The notes under the pieces: model-generated
The model's database searches: none
Seen by the model: the letters and a program-made list of their open reading frames with translations, nothing else
What the model was told of the DNA's origin: nothing
Source: Lama glama
Lineage: Eukaryota
Direction: 5' to 3'
DNA: 64,000 bases
Assembly: GCA_028534125.1 (NCBI GenBank)
Contig: CM052817.1
Span: forward strand, 24,430,001 to 24,494,000
Translations under genes and position numbers: made by a program
Shown: positions 1 through 12,752 of the stretch, one piece after another
How positions within the stretch are numbered: the stretch's first letter is position 1
Layout: each line of letters begins with the position of its first letter

Positions 1-944
1 CCCTAGATGACTCTGACTCTAACACATGGTCTCATTCCCCACAGCCATGGCACCTTCAAGCAAAGCTTTATGGCTCTCTTAGACTTCCTCCAGAAAGTCT
101 CAAAAGACAAGATCAAATTGACTAGGTCCAGAAATGGAATTAGTCCCTCTCCCTAGGGGTGCTAAAGTTGTAGCTGTCACTCATTCTTGACCTAGACTAG
201 ATATGAATGCAGAACTTAGAATGAAAGGCTCCATGGGTTTATTTTGCCCTGAGCTTACATGGTCCCTAGAAAGTTCTTTAAATACTTTCAATCAAGGGCT
301 CAGAAAAATTTTTAAAAATAACCTTGCACATACAATTAGAAACTGGCATGTGGGGAATTAAACAGAAGAGATGGAATTTTCTCTGATTATCAGGGACTAC
401 TTGAAGGGAACTGCTTTGAAGAAAATACCTCAGACTCAAAAACCACACAAGGAGTTCTGACATGACTTGTTGATGGCAAAGCTGACAGGAGCTCAAGGGC
501 AGAGACTCAGAAAAGAGACCCTCCTCTTTTAGCCGTCAGAGATAGAGAGGGACCAGCTTGGAATGGTCTGGGACAGGTGTCACTGTGTTATTGCGAGTTT
601 AATGACTATTACAGAAACATAGACAGTAAAATATTTTCAAAGCAAGTGTGAAAGAATCCCTTATCATGTTTCTATGTGATCATGCTTGAGAAGCAGATCA
701 AAAATGAATTTCCACACATCTCCACAGTAGTTCAAGTAATTCGAAGGATGCCATCAGGACACCAGATGGCTGTTTCACTATAGGATAGTGAAGTAGTGAA
801 AAAGGAGAAAAGAGGTTCTGCTCACACTTCTTCAGGAAGCTTTTGCTGATCCCTGCTGTCTGCGTTGATCACTCCCAGCTCTGGACTCCTGCTGCCAATA
901 CAGTCAGTGCTACGTGTTTTGTATCTGTGGTTCTTCTATTTGTT

Positions 945-1100
945 AACCGAGTGACCTAAAGCGAGTTACCTGACTACTCTCATCCATTTCCTCAGTGTCA
1001 GGATGAGAAAACTACCAATCTCACAGGGGTAAGAATAAGAATGAACTTCATTAATCACAAAAGGACTTAGACCACAGTGCTTGGCACTTGGTGCCGTGGT
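945..1100 (+). mobile_element. MIR SINE fragment
   Basis: Degenerate MIR core/3' text: gtgacc...gttacc...tttcctca...atctcacaggg...acagtgcttggcac. Confidence 0.7.
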
Positions 1101-1374
1101 TCGTGGGCTTTCTATGTTCCTGCTTCCTGTCTCGCATAGACTGTGGGATTTGATGTGCCCATTGGGAAATATTTTAAGACCCATAAGAACTTAGAAATAT
1201 CTGTTTCTGAGATTTCAACTATGGCATCATCACAACATGGACCAAACCACGGATTTTCAAAATTAACCTAAAGATATAAAATTAATCTTCAAGCATAATA
1301 AGCCAGGATTTATGAAATGAACTTTGTAAAAGAACCAACTGTATAAGCAACTGTGGAAGAAAATCAGTGGCTTC

Positions 1375-1560
1375 ATTGGAACTCTTTGGATACAAGTGAC
1401 AGAAGCCCAACTTAAATAATAACAATTATTATTATTATTATGTGCTCAAACAATATCACAGAATTGTTCCTTTCTCCATTTCTCTGTTTTGCTTTCCTCT
1501 GTATTGGATTCACTCTTGAGCAAACCTTCAACTGAAATAGCTAATGACTCCTGGCAGTTC
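1375..1560. mobile_element. Old MaLR (MLT1-type) LTR fragment
   Basis: ggaactctttggatacaagtgacagaagcccaact resembles the terminus of old MLT1 LTRs. Confidence 0.45.
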
Positions 1561-1569
1561 ACATGGCCT

Positions 1570-2647
1570 TGGCTAGCACCATTATTATCCAAGTACTTAC
1601 AATGTTTTTGATCCACTGACATAGAATCCCATGTAATATGTCCAAAGGAGCCACTTTACAGAAAAGCAGGCAATGCTCTGCATGCATATAATGGCACACA
1701 CTGATCCTAGCACATACTGTGCTAACTAGCAGCAGCTGGCCTGATAAGCAGGGATATGGCCATTTGAAGGACACTGGCTTAGCATCATACCTTGAAAGGA
1801 TGGGAGGACAACTTATATACACTCGAGGACACCTCATTATACTAAATTGATGACCATTGTGGGAGCTGGTGCTATGTGCCCTGTTAGTAGAATATATGCA
1901 TCTGGGAACCAAGGAGAAGAAATAGAAATGGCCTCACTCACCATCATCCCCAGGATCCATGTGAAGAATTTGTGCTTCCTGTTCTACACTGATAGACCCT
2001 GTGTGTCTGAAGGATTGGTTCCCAAAGAGTACTTGTGCTTCCTATTCCTGCAATGTTATGCTGCATGGCTCTAAAGATCCTGAATTCCAGAAGGGAATGC
2101 TTCCACCAGAATACAGACTAAGGGTCCCATTTAACTTTAAGCTACAGCTTCTGCCAAGTCAGTTCAAGCTGTTCATGGAAAGAGACCAGAAGGCAAGGAC
2201 AGGAGCTATCATTTTGGCAGGGCTGGGATCCTGATCATCAGGAAGAGGCTGCCACATAAAAGAGACAGAGGAAAATAGTTAGCACCCAGGTGGCCACAGG
2301 GGTGTTTCTTGACACTCCCCTGCCTTGTTGGAAAGTACAGACAGCCTTGGCCTGAGATGGAGACCAGGGATAAAAATCTGGGTCTCATCCCCCAGGTATG
2401 TCACCTAGCCCAGGAGAGGTACGAGCTGAGGGTGAGAGACCAATAGAATGTGTGGTAGAGGAGGGAGATGAGGAGTATTGGTCCTGGTCTGGAGACAGCT
2501 GCCGCCAGGAGAACTGTATGTAGTTTGGTGCACTAACTTTCCTCTTACATATTCCTTATGGAAAAGAGACCCTTCACCAGAATCTTGGGGAGACTGAGTG
2601 GGATGAAATTTCTATGTGAAGTGGATCCAAGAGCTACATGGATGAGT
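1570..2647 (+). mobile_element. ERV-L (HERV16/ERV3-16A3-like) internal remnant: integrase core, dUTPase-like region and 3' untranslated region, decayed
   Basis: 1575-1790 aligns by eye to ERV-L integrase (LIHRHGIPHSIASDQGTHFTAK...AAGLIERWNGLLK) with stops and frameshifts. 2090-2245 reads GMLPP...RVPFNFKLQLLPSQFKLFMERDQKARTGAIILAG, the ERV-L dUTPase region (ORF 2001..2234). Confidence 0.85.
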
Positions 2648-3053
2648 TGTAGTGGGTGCTGTGGTGCTACCCAGATGCCCCAGGACAGAACATGCGCACT
2701 CAGGCTGCCACTGGGAGACGTGGCTGCTGATTTCTCTCCACTGAAGCACTTTCTGGGGTTTTCTTTTGACAAAGGGAGTTACTTTACCAAAGATTACCTC
2801 TGGTTAATTCAAGGTTAAAAGAGGTCTGATTCCCTAACCTCAATTCAGGAAAATCTGAATGGCCATCTTAAGACTAGAGGGCCCCATTGGCCTGTGTTGT
2901 AGCTATACATTTGACTTCTTCCCCGGCCCAGCTGTGCCTTCCTCATTTGCTTAATGATGCTCAGGTGATGTTACTGAGATCACAACCCAAAACACCTCCC
3001 ACATGCTAATCTTCACCTCAGAGTCTGTTTTCCTGGGTACCTAACCTGAGACA
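2648..3053 (+). mobile_element. LTR16-family ERV-L 3' LTR
   Basis: Starts TGTAGTGGGTGCTGTGGTGC and ends CAGAGTCTGTTTTCCTGGGTACCTAACCTGAGACA (TG...CA), matching LTR16 termini. Directly follows the internal remnant. Confidence 0.85.
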
Positions 3054-3054
3054 A

Positions 3055-3200
3055 TAGCCAAATCTATGGAATGTTCATTATGTGCTAAATACTTTGTACA
3101 TGTTAACTCATTCAGTGCTCATTGAAAAATAATATTATCTCCATATGTCAGATGAGAACCTTTAAGTTTAGAGAGGGTTAAATGACTAATGTGAAGCCTA
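3055..3200 (-). mobile_element. MIR fragment
   Basis: ttatgtgctaaatactttgtacatgttaactcatt...cagatgagaac...agagagggttaaatgact. Confidence 0.65.
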
Positions 3201-3553
3201 ATAAGATGATTTGAAAATTAGATTTGGGACAAATATATATCAGATTGATCGCTTATGGAAATCTGGAATTCTACCGAGATTTTCATTATCTGCGAGTGTA
3301 TCTGATGACCTGTGACAGGTATAGATTGTAATTGCTAAGTTTCCATTTGTATCACATGTTCTGAGACTACTAGTGACAGTACCTAGAGACCATCCAGTGA
3401 CCACATCTCAATGAGGCTTTATTTAACCCTTATAAATTCCAAAGGTCAAATGTACTTACTGTGATCAAATTCTAGTTACAAAGCTGGTGAAAGGTTAAAT
3501 AAAAAAAGAAAAGAGAGATATTAGTAATTTTGACTATCTTCTTTGCCCTGTAC

Positions 3554-3796
3554 TAGTGTTTTTCAAACTTCTTTTACCTCAACCCATAGTAAGAAATACA
3601 TATTTCATAGTGACCCAGCATGTACATGTATATGTATGTACATAAGGGAAACTAAAGCAAAAAATTTCACTGTCCAGTACATGCCCTTATTAATATGGCA
3701 ATGACTTTATGCTCTATTTGTATGTTTTAAGCTAGTTGATACTCACTGTATTGATTTCAGATTAAATGATCATGAAGAATAGTTTATAAATCACTG
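3554..3796. mobile_element. hAT-Charlie non-autonomous DNA transposon (Charlie4-like)
   Basis: Inverted termini tagtgtttttcaaact ... agtttataaatcactg; internal gtaagaaataca...gtgacccag. Confidence 0.6.
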
Positions 3797-3799
3797 CCC

Positions 3800-3960
3800 A
3801 GTGCTAAGTCTCTTCACATATATTTACTAATTTAGCTCTTCTGACAAGTTTTCAAAAAAATAATTACTATCATCCCATTTTTTCTCTAATGAGGTACATG
3901 CTTTAACAACCATCCAGAGATCCTACAACTCATAAATGACAGAGCAGGAATTTAAATAGA
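3800..3960 (-). mobile_element. MIR fragment
   Basis: gtgctaagtc...attactatcatcccattttt...aaatgacagagcaggaattt. Confidence 0.55.
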
Positions 3961-4819
3961 TTAAATTACTAAATTATTTTATACATGTTTCAGTCTCATG
4001 GGCAGCATGCAGAATGCTTAAAAAGAAGAAGAGAACAAAAGAAAAAATGAAGAAATATAGGCATTTTCCCCATCCATTTTCTTTTGCCTCTTATACTTAC
4101 TTTACTATCAGTTTTAGGAAAGAGCCGGGCTAGAAAGATGCCCCAAACTCAGTGGAGATGTCAGTAACTAAAAGCAAGTGGCATCCTCGCCATTCCCTGT
4201 GAGAATTTGTGGAACTGAGTACAGCTTAAGAAAATTTACCTTCCAGCTAGCTTGTATTTTCTAATATCTAGGCAGGAAGACATAAAGGTAAGGATAGTGT
4301 TCTTTCTCATCATTCAAGTTCTAAGCACCATTTCTTTTGCTTCTGGAGAAGTGAACAAACTGTCAAGTCAATCAATACTCCTATCAACTCTTTTCTGGAA
4401 ATCAATTCACTGAGAATATTCGCCTTGATGTAACTTAAGCACTTTATTCACTCTGGAATCTTACTGATAAATTCATGTGAATTGTGATATATTCTCTGAG
4501 CTTGCACGAGTTTGTAAGCATTTGTGGCAAAGATGAATTTGAAAGACAAAATTCCCTTAATCATTTTTAACTTCTTAAGCAACACAATTCTCATAACCAA
4601 CACATTGGTATAAGATACACAAAGCATCTTCCTCTTTATGCAATTTTTTATTTTCTACTATTCTTCAGATAGTGTTTTACAAGAAAAATGTACCATGGTG
4701 GTTAACAAGAGATATAAATTTATGTCTTTTCCAGTCAAGTGGTGGGGAGAAAACAGTTTACATGGGATCACGTAGTAAAGAAGAAAGCAATTTTAGACAC
4801 GCTTTTACAAAATAATCTA

Positions 4820-5545
4820 TAGATTTAGTGTTATTCTCACCTGAGTCTCAACAGAAGTCATGTAAAACTGGCAAACAGATTTTTTAAATGAATTAAAAGA
4901 AGCAAAAGGCAAGAATAGCCAAATCATTCTTAAAGAAGGAAAAATTGTCTGTGTGTTCTGGGTGGGTGCATATTTGCCCTAGAATAGTTGTTCTTGAACT
5001 TTGGTGTGTATTTGATAATAAAGAACACAGACCCCTAGGTGTGTTGAAGTAAGTTGGAACTCACAGCTCTATATTTTTATCAAGGCTCCCAGGTGATTTT
5101 GATACTCATCCAAACCTGACAATCACTGCCCTAGTTCACAAGACAAATTATTAAACTATAGCAATTAAAACAGGGTGGTACCAGCATAGGAAAAGATAAG
5201 AGACTAATAGAACAGAAAAGAAAGCCCCAAAATACATAGACCCATATACATGCTTGACATAAAAAGGTGAACTGCAGGTGGTGGGAGAGAAGAAACTACT
5301 TAAAAATGATGCCAGGAAAATGGTATCTATTTTAAGATAAAATTGGATTCCAAAGATCAATAAAATTTAAAGGACATTAAAGACAAATATTAAAAAGTCA
5401 AAACTTTAGAACTTTTAGAAGAAAGTAAAAGAAAATAACTTTATGTCCTATTGGACCTTAGAGTAAAGAAGAGTTTCTAAAGACAGATTTATAAGGCACA
5501 GATCATAAGGAAAACATTAATAAAAATATTTTTAAAAATTTTCTT
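4820..5545 (+). mobile_element. Old L1 (L1M/L1ME) ORF2 fragment, interrupted by MER5
   Basis: aagaatagccaaatcattcttaaagaag...actatagcaattaaaacagggtggtaccagcatagg...aaattggattcc; ORF2 3' region, A-rich, decayed. Confidence 0.75.
4985..5128. mobile_element. MER5-type hAT MITE
   Basis: Termini tagttgttcttgaact...tgacaatcactg; ctcccaggtgattttgat motif; approximate 8-bp TSD ccctagaa/ccctagtt. Confidence 0.7.
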
Positions 5546-5579
5546 CCATTTGCAACTATCTATAAGAAATCAGATTATT

Positions 5580-6800
5580 ATTATATTTGGTATATTATTA
5601 TACCAAACACAAACAAACAACCCAATCAAAAAACAGGCAGAAGCCCTAAATAGACATTTCTCCAAAGAAGACATCCAGATGGCCCACAGGCACAGGAAAA
5701 GATGCTCAATATTGCTAATACAGAAGTGCAAATCAAAACTAAAATGAGGTATCACCTCACACCAGTCAAAATGGCTGTCATTTAAAAAGTCTACAAACAA
5801 TAAATGCTTCAGAGAATGTGAAGAAAAAGGAACCCTCCTACACTGTTGGTGGGAATGTAAATTGGTACAGCCACTATGGAGGACAGTATAGAGGTTCCTT
5901 AAAAAACTAAAAATAGAATTACCCTATGATCTGGCAATCCCAATCCTGGGTATAAGATTTGTAGATATTAACAGGCATATGTAGAATAGATAACAAGATT
6001 ATACTGTATAGCACAGGGAAATACATACAAGATCTTGTGGTAGCTCACAGTGAAAAAAAAAATGTGACAATGAATATATGTATGTTCATGTATAACTGAA
6101 AAATTGTGCTCTACACTGGAATTTGACACAACATTATAAAATGACTATAACTCAATAAAAAAAATTTAGAATGAAAAAAATAAATATATCTGGAGAAAAC
6201 TATAATTTGAAAAGCAAATGCACCCTGGGGTTCTTAGCAGAAATATTTATAATAGCCAAGACATGGAAACAACCTAAATGCCTACTGACGTAAATGGATA
6301 AAGAAGATGTGGTATATGTACACAATGGAATATTACTCAGCCATAAAAAGAATGAAATAAAATGCCATTTGCAGCAACATGGATGGATCTAGAGATTATC
6401 ATATTTAGTGAAATAAGTCAAATAGAGAAAGACAAATATCATATGATTTCACTTATATGTGGAATTTAAAAATAAGATACAAATTTAATTTACAAACCAA
6501 ACATAGATTCACAGACATAGAAAACTATGGTTACCAAAGAGGAAGGGGCAGAGGAGGGATAAATTAGGAGTTTGGGATTAACAGATACACACTACTATAT
6601 ATAAAATAGATAAACAACAAGGACCCACTGTATAGCACAGGGAGATATATTCAATTTTGTGTAATAACATGGAAAACACAATGGAAAACAATCTGAAAAA
6701 AAAATATATGTATATATATGTATAACTGAATCACTTTGTTGTATGCCTGAAACTAACATTGTAAATCAACTACACTTCAATAAAACATAAAACTAAAAAA
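5580..6800 (+). mobile_element. 5'-truncated L1 (ORF2 C-terminus, 3'UTR and poly(A)) with 16-bp TSD
   Basis: [26 protein letters not shown]2 motif; aataaa and A tail; perfect TSD aagaaatcagattatt at 5564-5579 and 6801-6816. Confidence 0.95.
5955..6183 (+). mobile_element. Younger L1 3'-end nested inside the L1 at 5580-6800
   Basis: Interrupts the host at ctgggtata|tatatctggag; has its own aataaa and A tail; near-identical to copies at 33504, 46400 (-) and 60630. Confidence 0.9.
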
Positions 6801-7084
6801 AAGAAATCAGATTATTCTAGATATTGCTCAACCAAAATCAAAATATTGCAATTAATTGGAGGCTAAGGCTTTTACAAGAACATAGTTGTCATTCCTAAAA
6901 AGAATTTTAAATGTTTATTTATTGTTGAATGAATAAATGTCCCAAAGTTCAATATACATGATACATTTATACTAATATAGTAGGCCCCAAAACATTTATC
7001 CATTGCTTCTCCTGTCAAGGAATGGAATTGAAGAATCCTCCTGGAAGTATAAGGCTAGTAAAATATGGTGCCCCTTTTACCACT

Positions 7085-7529
7085 TGGGGTCATAGCAAGA
7101 ATCCAATGGAATACTTCAAATAACGGACTGAGGGGTTGGATAGATGGGCTGCTCACAACGCTGTGAGCAAGCTAAAGGAACATGACAAAGGATGGTGACA
7201 CTTCTCAAAACTACAGCACATTGCATGCCCTTCTCTAAGGACTGAAGGGCAAAGGGAAGAGGGAAAAGTGGTTACCAGAATGTGGCAAAAGCTATGGCTG
7301 TAGGAGAAAGGAACAAAGCATCAGCCAGACCGTGACCAGGCGGAGAAGGAGCCTATGGAACAAATACCCTAACCTCCCTTTAACTGCTCACCTGCAGGTC
7401 TCCTCCCAGTGCCACCCCCTCCCCAAGGAGAACATGGTTGATGCAGTCCAGAGCAGTTGGTCTTCCAGGACAAAGGGCAGCATGGAAAATGGTGGAAGTT
7501 ATATCTGGAGTAACAGAATATCCAACACA
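7085..7529 (-). mobile_element. LTR33-like ERV-L solo LTR
   Basis: Right end ggtggaagttatatctggag...aatatccaacaca is the reverse complement of the LTR33 start. Confidence 0.65.
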
Positions 7530-8824
7530 GCACCAAATACATGTGAATACAAACCACAGAGAGGAACATCAGCTAAATAACATTATAGTCGCCTGTCCTC
7601 AGTATTCAGTCATTATGGGAAAATATCAGGTTTCTAGACTCCAATGGGGAGAGTGATCATATTACCTCAAAGATATGGGCTTTAAAAGATATGATTAAAA
7701 TGTGAGTATGACAGATTCATATGTAAGATACCTTCTTACATACATGAGCATTTATAAAATTCATAAGACAGTCATGGAGGTAGACTCATTATTTCAATGC
7801 AAATGAAACTATATAATCATAATTTAAGAAACACTTTCTATTACACATATAAATGTGTGTCAAGACAAATGGTTTCCGATGAACAGTTAACTTCAGTACC
7901 CTAGAGAGACAATAGGGGTAGTAATGAAAGACACCCTCAAACACATGGAATTTTCTTCCAAATTTGAGGTCACCTTGACCCAGCTCCATTTTCTTCTCAA
8001 AGAATGCCAAGTCCACTTAGAAATACCACTACTGAGACATGGATGCCTTTGTCATTTCATCACTCCAGAAACATTTAGCCAAAAGCTAGACTACTGACAA
8101 CATGTTACCAATATTTTGTCAACATTTAAATTTTTCTTCTTCAGGTGATTCACCTTTTAGAAAACATCAACAGAAGGAGAAAATAAAATTTTCCCTAACA
8201 GACTGAGTAATGAGAGATCTAATTTTTCTTTTAGGTGAAGTCTACATAAACCTAATTCCCAGGGAAGCATAGACCATCCCTACCCTTTACTCCAGCAGCT
8301 ATATCCTAGTTCATCAATCACAAAAGCATCAACTGAAGTAGCAGCTGAATGGTCTGCTATACGTCTTTCTGTGTTCTTTCAACTGTTTCAGCCTGTGTGC
8401 CAATTGCTTTCTTCGTGGTCCTGCGTGAAACAGCAAGGCCAAGTGTATTCATTTTGGAATAATGCTTGAGTTGTGCTTCTGGCAGCTCCTAATACAGTGA
8501 TCATAAAATTTTTTCAGGCATTATGTATGTTTTCAGTCTCTAAAAGGACATTCAGTATTGTATAAAGTGATTCACAATCAAATTTGAGTTGAGAATTTCA
8601 AAACCCAGCTTGAGATAAAACAACAACAATAAATGCCTATTGTCTTCAAGACAAAGGCAAGAATCACTGTGGTTCATTCAGTAAACTTTTACTGTTTTTG
8701 TAATGTGCCAGGCAGAGTTCTGGTCCTCAAGTATAGAGGAGAGATGGATAGATGTGATACAGACCCAATGTACCACTAGACAAACTGGTATAGATAATTA
8801 GAATTCAGTGTTAAGCTCTGTGTG

Positions 8825-9310
8825 TAGTCCTACCTATTTTCAATACTCTTTTTCTTTTATACTAATAGGCTCTCAATTTTAATTGCAGTGGCAATGTGAT
8901 CAACTAAAAATGTTTAATTTCCTGGACTCTCTTGCCCTGAGGTGCATGCAATATTTTTCTGCCAATGAGATAAAGGCAGAAGTCCATGGAGAGATTATTG
9001 CTTATTGAATAAGCAGTCAAAAATCTCTTTAGAATATACAACTTAGCTCCTTACAATTTTGTTCATTCCCTTTCTTCTCAAGAATGTAGAAGAGATACCA
9101 GTAAGTGCAGCAGCCATTGTACAACTGTGAGGCAACAAGCCTGGTGACAAAATCCTAGATCCAAGGATGGCAGAGTAGAAATATGAAAAAAGATAGGCTT
9201 CCTGATGATCTCCTTGATGACCCTGTATAACCCCCTTGGAGAATGTTAATTACATAAGACAAACTGCTACCTGTTTCCCAAGTCATTGCTAAGACAGATT
9301 TTGACAGAAG
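8825..9310 (+). mobile_element. MLT1 (I/J-type) MaLR LTR
   Basis: ggcaatgtg...ttctgccaatgagataaaggcagaagtc...gcagccattgt...aaggatggcagagtagaaa. Confidence 0.7.
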
Positions 9311-10104
9311 AATGCCTCATGTCCTCTAAAATACAAGGGAGGGGGCAAAGGGAAATTTTCACAAGACACACTGGCATTTAAAGTGTGAGCATCAGCTAGG
9401 AGAAAGGAAAGAGGAAGCAGTAGAGTCTAGGGGTGAAGGGGAACTGGAATCAGAATGCTTGAGTTTATAACAATGTAGTTTCTGCAGTGTGCCTCCACTT
9501 GTGAATAGTGACTCTCTCTATACCACAGTTTCCTCTTCTGTAGGAGAAGGGTAACTTTTGTATCTACTTTATAGCCTAATTGTAAGTATAAAACAATTAT
9601 CACTTGTGACACTATCAAAACAGTACTTTGCACATCATATGGCAGGTGCACGTGGGTGTACAGGGGACTGGGCAGTTGTCCTAATAGCTCTACTCCCAAA
9701 GGAAGTGGCACATTGTGCATACTGGCTGACTGTTATCAAATATTTCTAGATGGATCTGTTTTATCAGTTAATTCACTCAGGATTCGGAAGAGTTGATAAA
9801 AAAAAATGTCCTTTCCTCAGGATTTGACTGAGCAATATACAGTTTGAAGATTTTGCAGCGATCAGATACATGCTGCAGATGGATGCTTGAATAAGAATTT
9901 GGTTTTCATTTTGATGACTATTTATCATCCACGTGTACCTCTCCTCTCTTTCACCTCCATTCTGTTACCAGACAGTTTCCTGTTAGGTTGATCACACCCT
10001 ATTCAGTTATTTCCTCTACTTGACCAAAGGTGTTTCTAATTTAGCTTCTTAATTCCTACTGAGACCACTAATGAGCTCCATGACTTTGTTTTAAAATATA
10101 CCCA

Positions 10105-10624
10105 GGATTTTGTTTTTATTCAGTATGGAGAGGCCAACAGATCAGGAAACAATTGCCATTGAAAAAACTGTGTTATTCACAATTCCTAGAGGAATGGGTC
10201 ATACCAGGTCATGCAGGGCCACACGGAGAAGCATTGGGGTCAGTCAGGAGGCAGAAGGAGCAAAGGGAAAGCATGGGTGGAAGGCTTTATTGTGATTTTT
10301 GTGGGTAGGAATGGGTGAGGCCATGTAAACAGTTCAGGATTCACTAGTTTGAATAATTTCTGTGGACTCTGAGCTATATGGGTGGTCCTTAGTTGTCTGG
10401 TACCTGGTCCTGGGATGATTAGGGCACAGGAATATTGCCTGAGAGTGTAGAAGCCAGATAGAGGAGGTGGATCTTCAGAATATGGGCTCTGGATTGGTTG
10501 GTTTGCATAGTTTATTTTGTCTAGGAATTAGCTAGCCCTGGGAGGGGCAGTCTCTTCCTAGTCACTGATGACTTCAAGATATCCAAGTAACATAGATACA
10601 GAAAATAAAAACATGATTAATACA
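10105..10624 (-). mobile_element. MER74-like ERV-L solo LTR
   Basis: Ends tacagaaaataaaaacatgattaataca (reverse complement of the LTR start); internal tagtttgaataatttc, gttgtctggtacctgg, gctagccctgggaggggcagtc. Confidence 0.75.
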
Positions 10625-11149
10625 GCCTTGGGCTCCAGTTTTGTGTTTGTTGATTTACAGTATTTCAGTTGTGTGTTTTTTTAATTTTTCTTCTGTGCCA
10701 TGTAAATGTCCAATTCTAACACTTACAAATAAATAAGTTATACACTATCAAAAACATTTTTTTTTCAAAACAAAGCTATTCAAGTGTTCATATTGCTTTG
10801 GCTAGACTGTCTTGGGGTGTTTAATTTCCAGGTAATTGCTGTGATTTTCCACTATGAAGAGACAGGCTTAGTCACTGAAGTCTGAATAAAGAGATACTTT
10901 CCAGTTTGTATTTAATCAAGATTAATCGTAGTTCCTACACAGTTACTACAATTAGTATAATATATATATGTATATATTATTCTATATCATACACACACCT
11001 AAATACTGATCATCTCACCATCTTTCTCCAAATAACATCTAAAATATTTTAGAAAATACATTGTATTTTAGCGGGGGGACAGTATAGCAAATCCTGAGAT
11101 AAAATACAAATATTTTTCTAATAAATATAAATAAATAAAATGCCCTTTA

Positions 11150-11285
11150 ATCTTCACTTTCCCTGGACTTGCAAACACCCTGTGAATAGGAAATGTGTGC
11201 TCTATGTCCATCCCTAGTATGTAACTCAAGGCTGGCACATAGTAGAAACTCAACAGTAAATATTTGTTGAAAGAATGGTGATGAA
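11150..11285 (+). mobile_element. L2 3' end
   Basis: ctggcacatagtagaaactcaacagtaaatatttgttgaaagaatg. Confidence 0.7.
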
Positions 11286-11321
11286 ATCAATGTAAATAAT
11301 GAATAATAAGTTAATATAATG

Positions 11322-11369
11322 TAAAGTAATATAAATATGAAATATAAATAAAGTAATATAAATATGAAA
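11322..11369. repeat. Direct duplication of a 21-mer (27-bp period)
   Basis: taaagtaatataaatatgaaa at 11322-11342 and 11349-11369. Confidence 0.8.
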
Positions 11370-12159
11370 GTATTTTCAGTCTGTGAGGAAAACATTTCTC
11401 TAGAATTCTGCTAAAATGGCTTTAAGTGGCTAAAGTTCACTTCTCTGTTCCTTGTGGGCAAAGAAAGATATGTCAAGAACAGTCACGTCAACCAGTGTAG
11501 TTCTATACAAATCACTGCTCTTCAATTTTCCCTACCAAAACTCCCACCACTCCCAGTCACAATCCAGCCAAAACTCCCAAATCATGAACTCATATTAACT
11601 TGACCTTATATTTATATGACTAGGTAGAGTTTAAATGGCTCTGTTAGTATATGATCTCATTTAAATTTCACAACCACCTTGGGAGGTAATTAAGATGGGC
11701 ACATGCCCAGGCATTTAAACACTCATGAGCTCCAGAGATTTTGAACATCAAAAAAAAAAATCATCTTAGAATGAGTGGAAATCAGACACTTCATTAAGCT
11801 ACTACACTCAGAAATCTCAGCAGTGGAAGAGGCCACTCAAATTATCCTGTCCACCTACAGCTTGAATGAAAAAGAAAACATTTGCTCTGAAGGTTAAATA
11901 ATACACCCAAATAGCCAGTGAGCACCAGAGCAGTGACCGAAATTCAAATTGCCTTCTTTTTCTCAGCCTGTCTAGTTGTAAGTGGTCTGTCAGAACTGTT
12001 GATATAGTAATAAAGTTGCTGACTTTGTCTTGTTTGAAGTCCTCTATGAAAGTATCTGGCCATTTTGCGTCCTCAGTCTGTCTTTCTCACCCTAGGAGAT
12101 TACCTACAGCTCCATGCCTCAGCTTTTCTCCACCTTCCATAACTTGAAAAGCAGTCTAA

Positions 12160-12312
12160 TAAACTCATTCACTGGCTCTCCAGCAATAAAAGCCCTGTTT
12201 TATAAACTTTGCCAATTTCTGTGATGTAAATCCTCCCACCATTGCTAATTTCAAGGATGACCATCTTTAACAATGGATTACAAAATTCCTGGAAAAAACT
12301 TAATAACCAATG
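12160..12312. mobile_element. MER63-like hAT (Blackjack) fragment
   Basis: ctggctctcc...ttgccaatttctgtgatgtaaatcctcccacc...tttaacaa...caaaattcctg; related to 33186-33390. Confidence 0.6.
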
Positions 12313-12361
12313 ATGAAGACTATTTATTACCATTCTGAAAGATATTTGTATTTACTAAAGG

Positions 12362-12522
12362 CAGTGCTACTCCCCAAAGTATCTTCCTACTGGGAGTATC
12401 ACTTCACCTGGAAGATAGTTAGAAATGTAAATCCCACTCCAAACTGGAATGGTAGGACTCAGGGATTTCTATTTTAACAAGCATTTAGGTTAATCTTGTG
12501 CATACTTAGGTTTGAGAAGCAT
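12362..12522. mobile_element. MER5A-like hAT MITE
   Basis: cagtg...cacctgg...gttagaaatgtaaat...ttttaacaagc...gtttgagaagcatg. Confidence 0.65.
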
Positions 12523-12752
12523 GGTATTAGTTTGCAAGGGTTGCCATAAAAAAGTACCATAGCCAGGTGGCTTAAACATGGTCTATTCTCAGTGTGTGTC
12601 TGTATCCTAATTGCCTCTGCTTATAAGGACAAAAATATTAGATTTGGGCTCACATCAATGAGTTCATTTAATTTTAATTACCTCTCAGAATCTGAGGTAA
12701 TGGGGGTTAGGACTTCAACATATAGATCTGGCGTATACAATTCAGCCCAGAA
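12523..12752 (-). mobile_element. MLT1A/B-type MaLR LTR, internally deleted
   Basis: gtattagttt...gccataaaaaagtacca...ggtggcttaaac...ttataaggaca...gggggttaggacttcaacatat...acaattcagccc. Confidence 0.75.
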
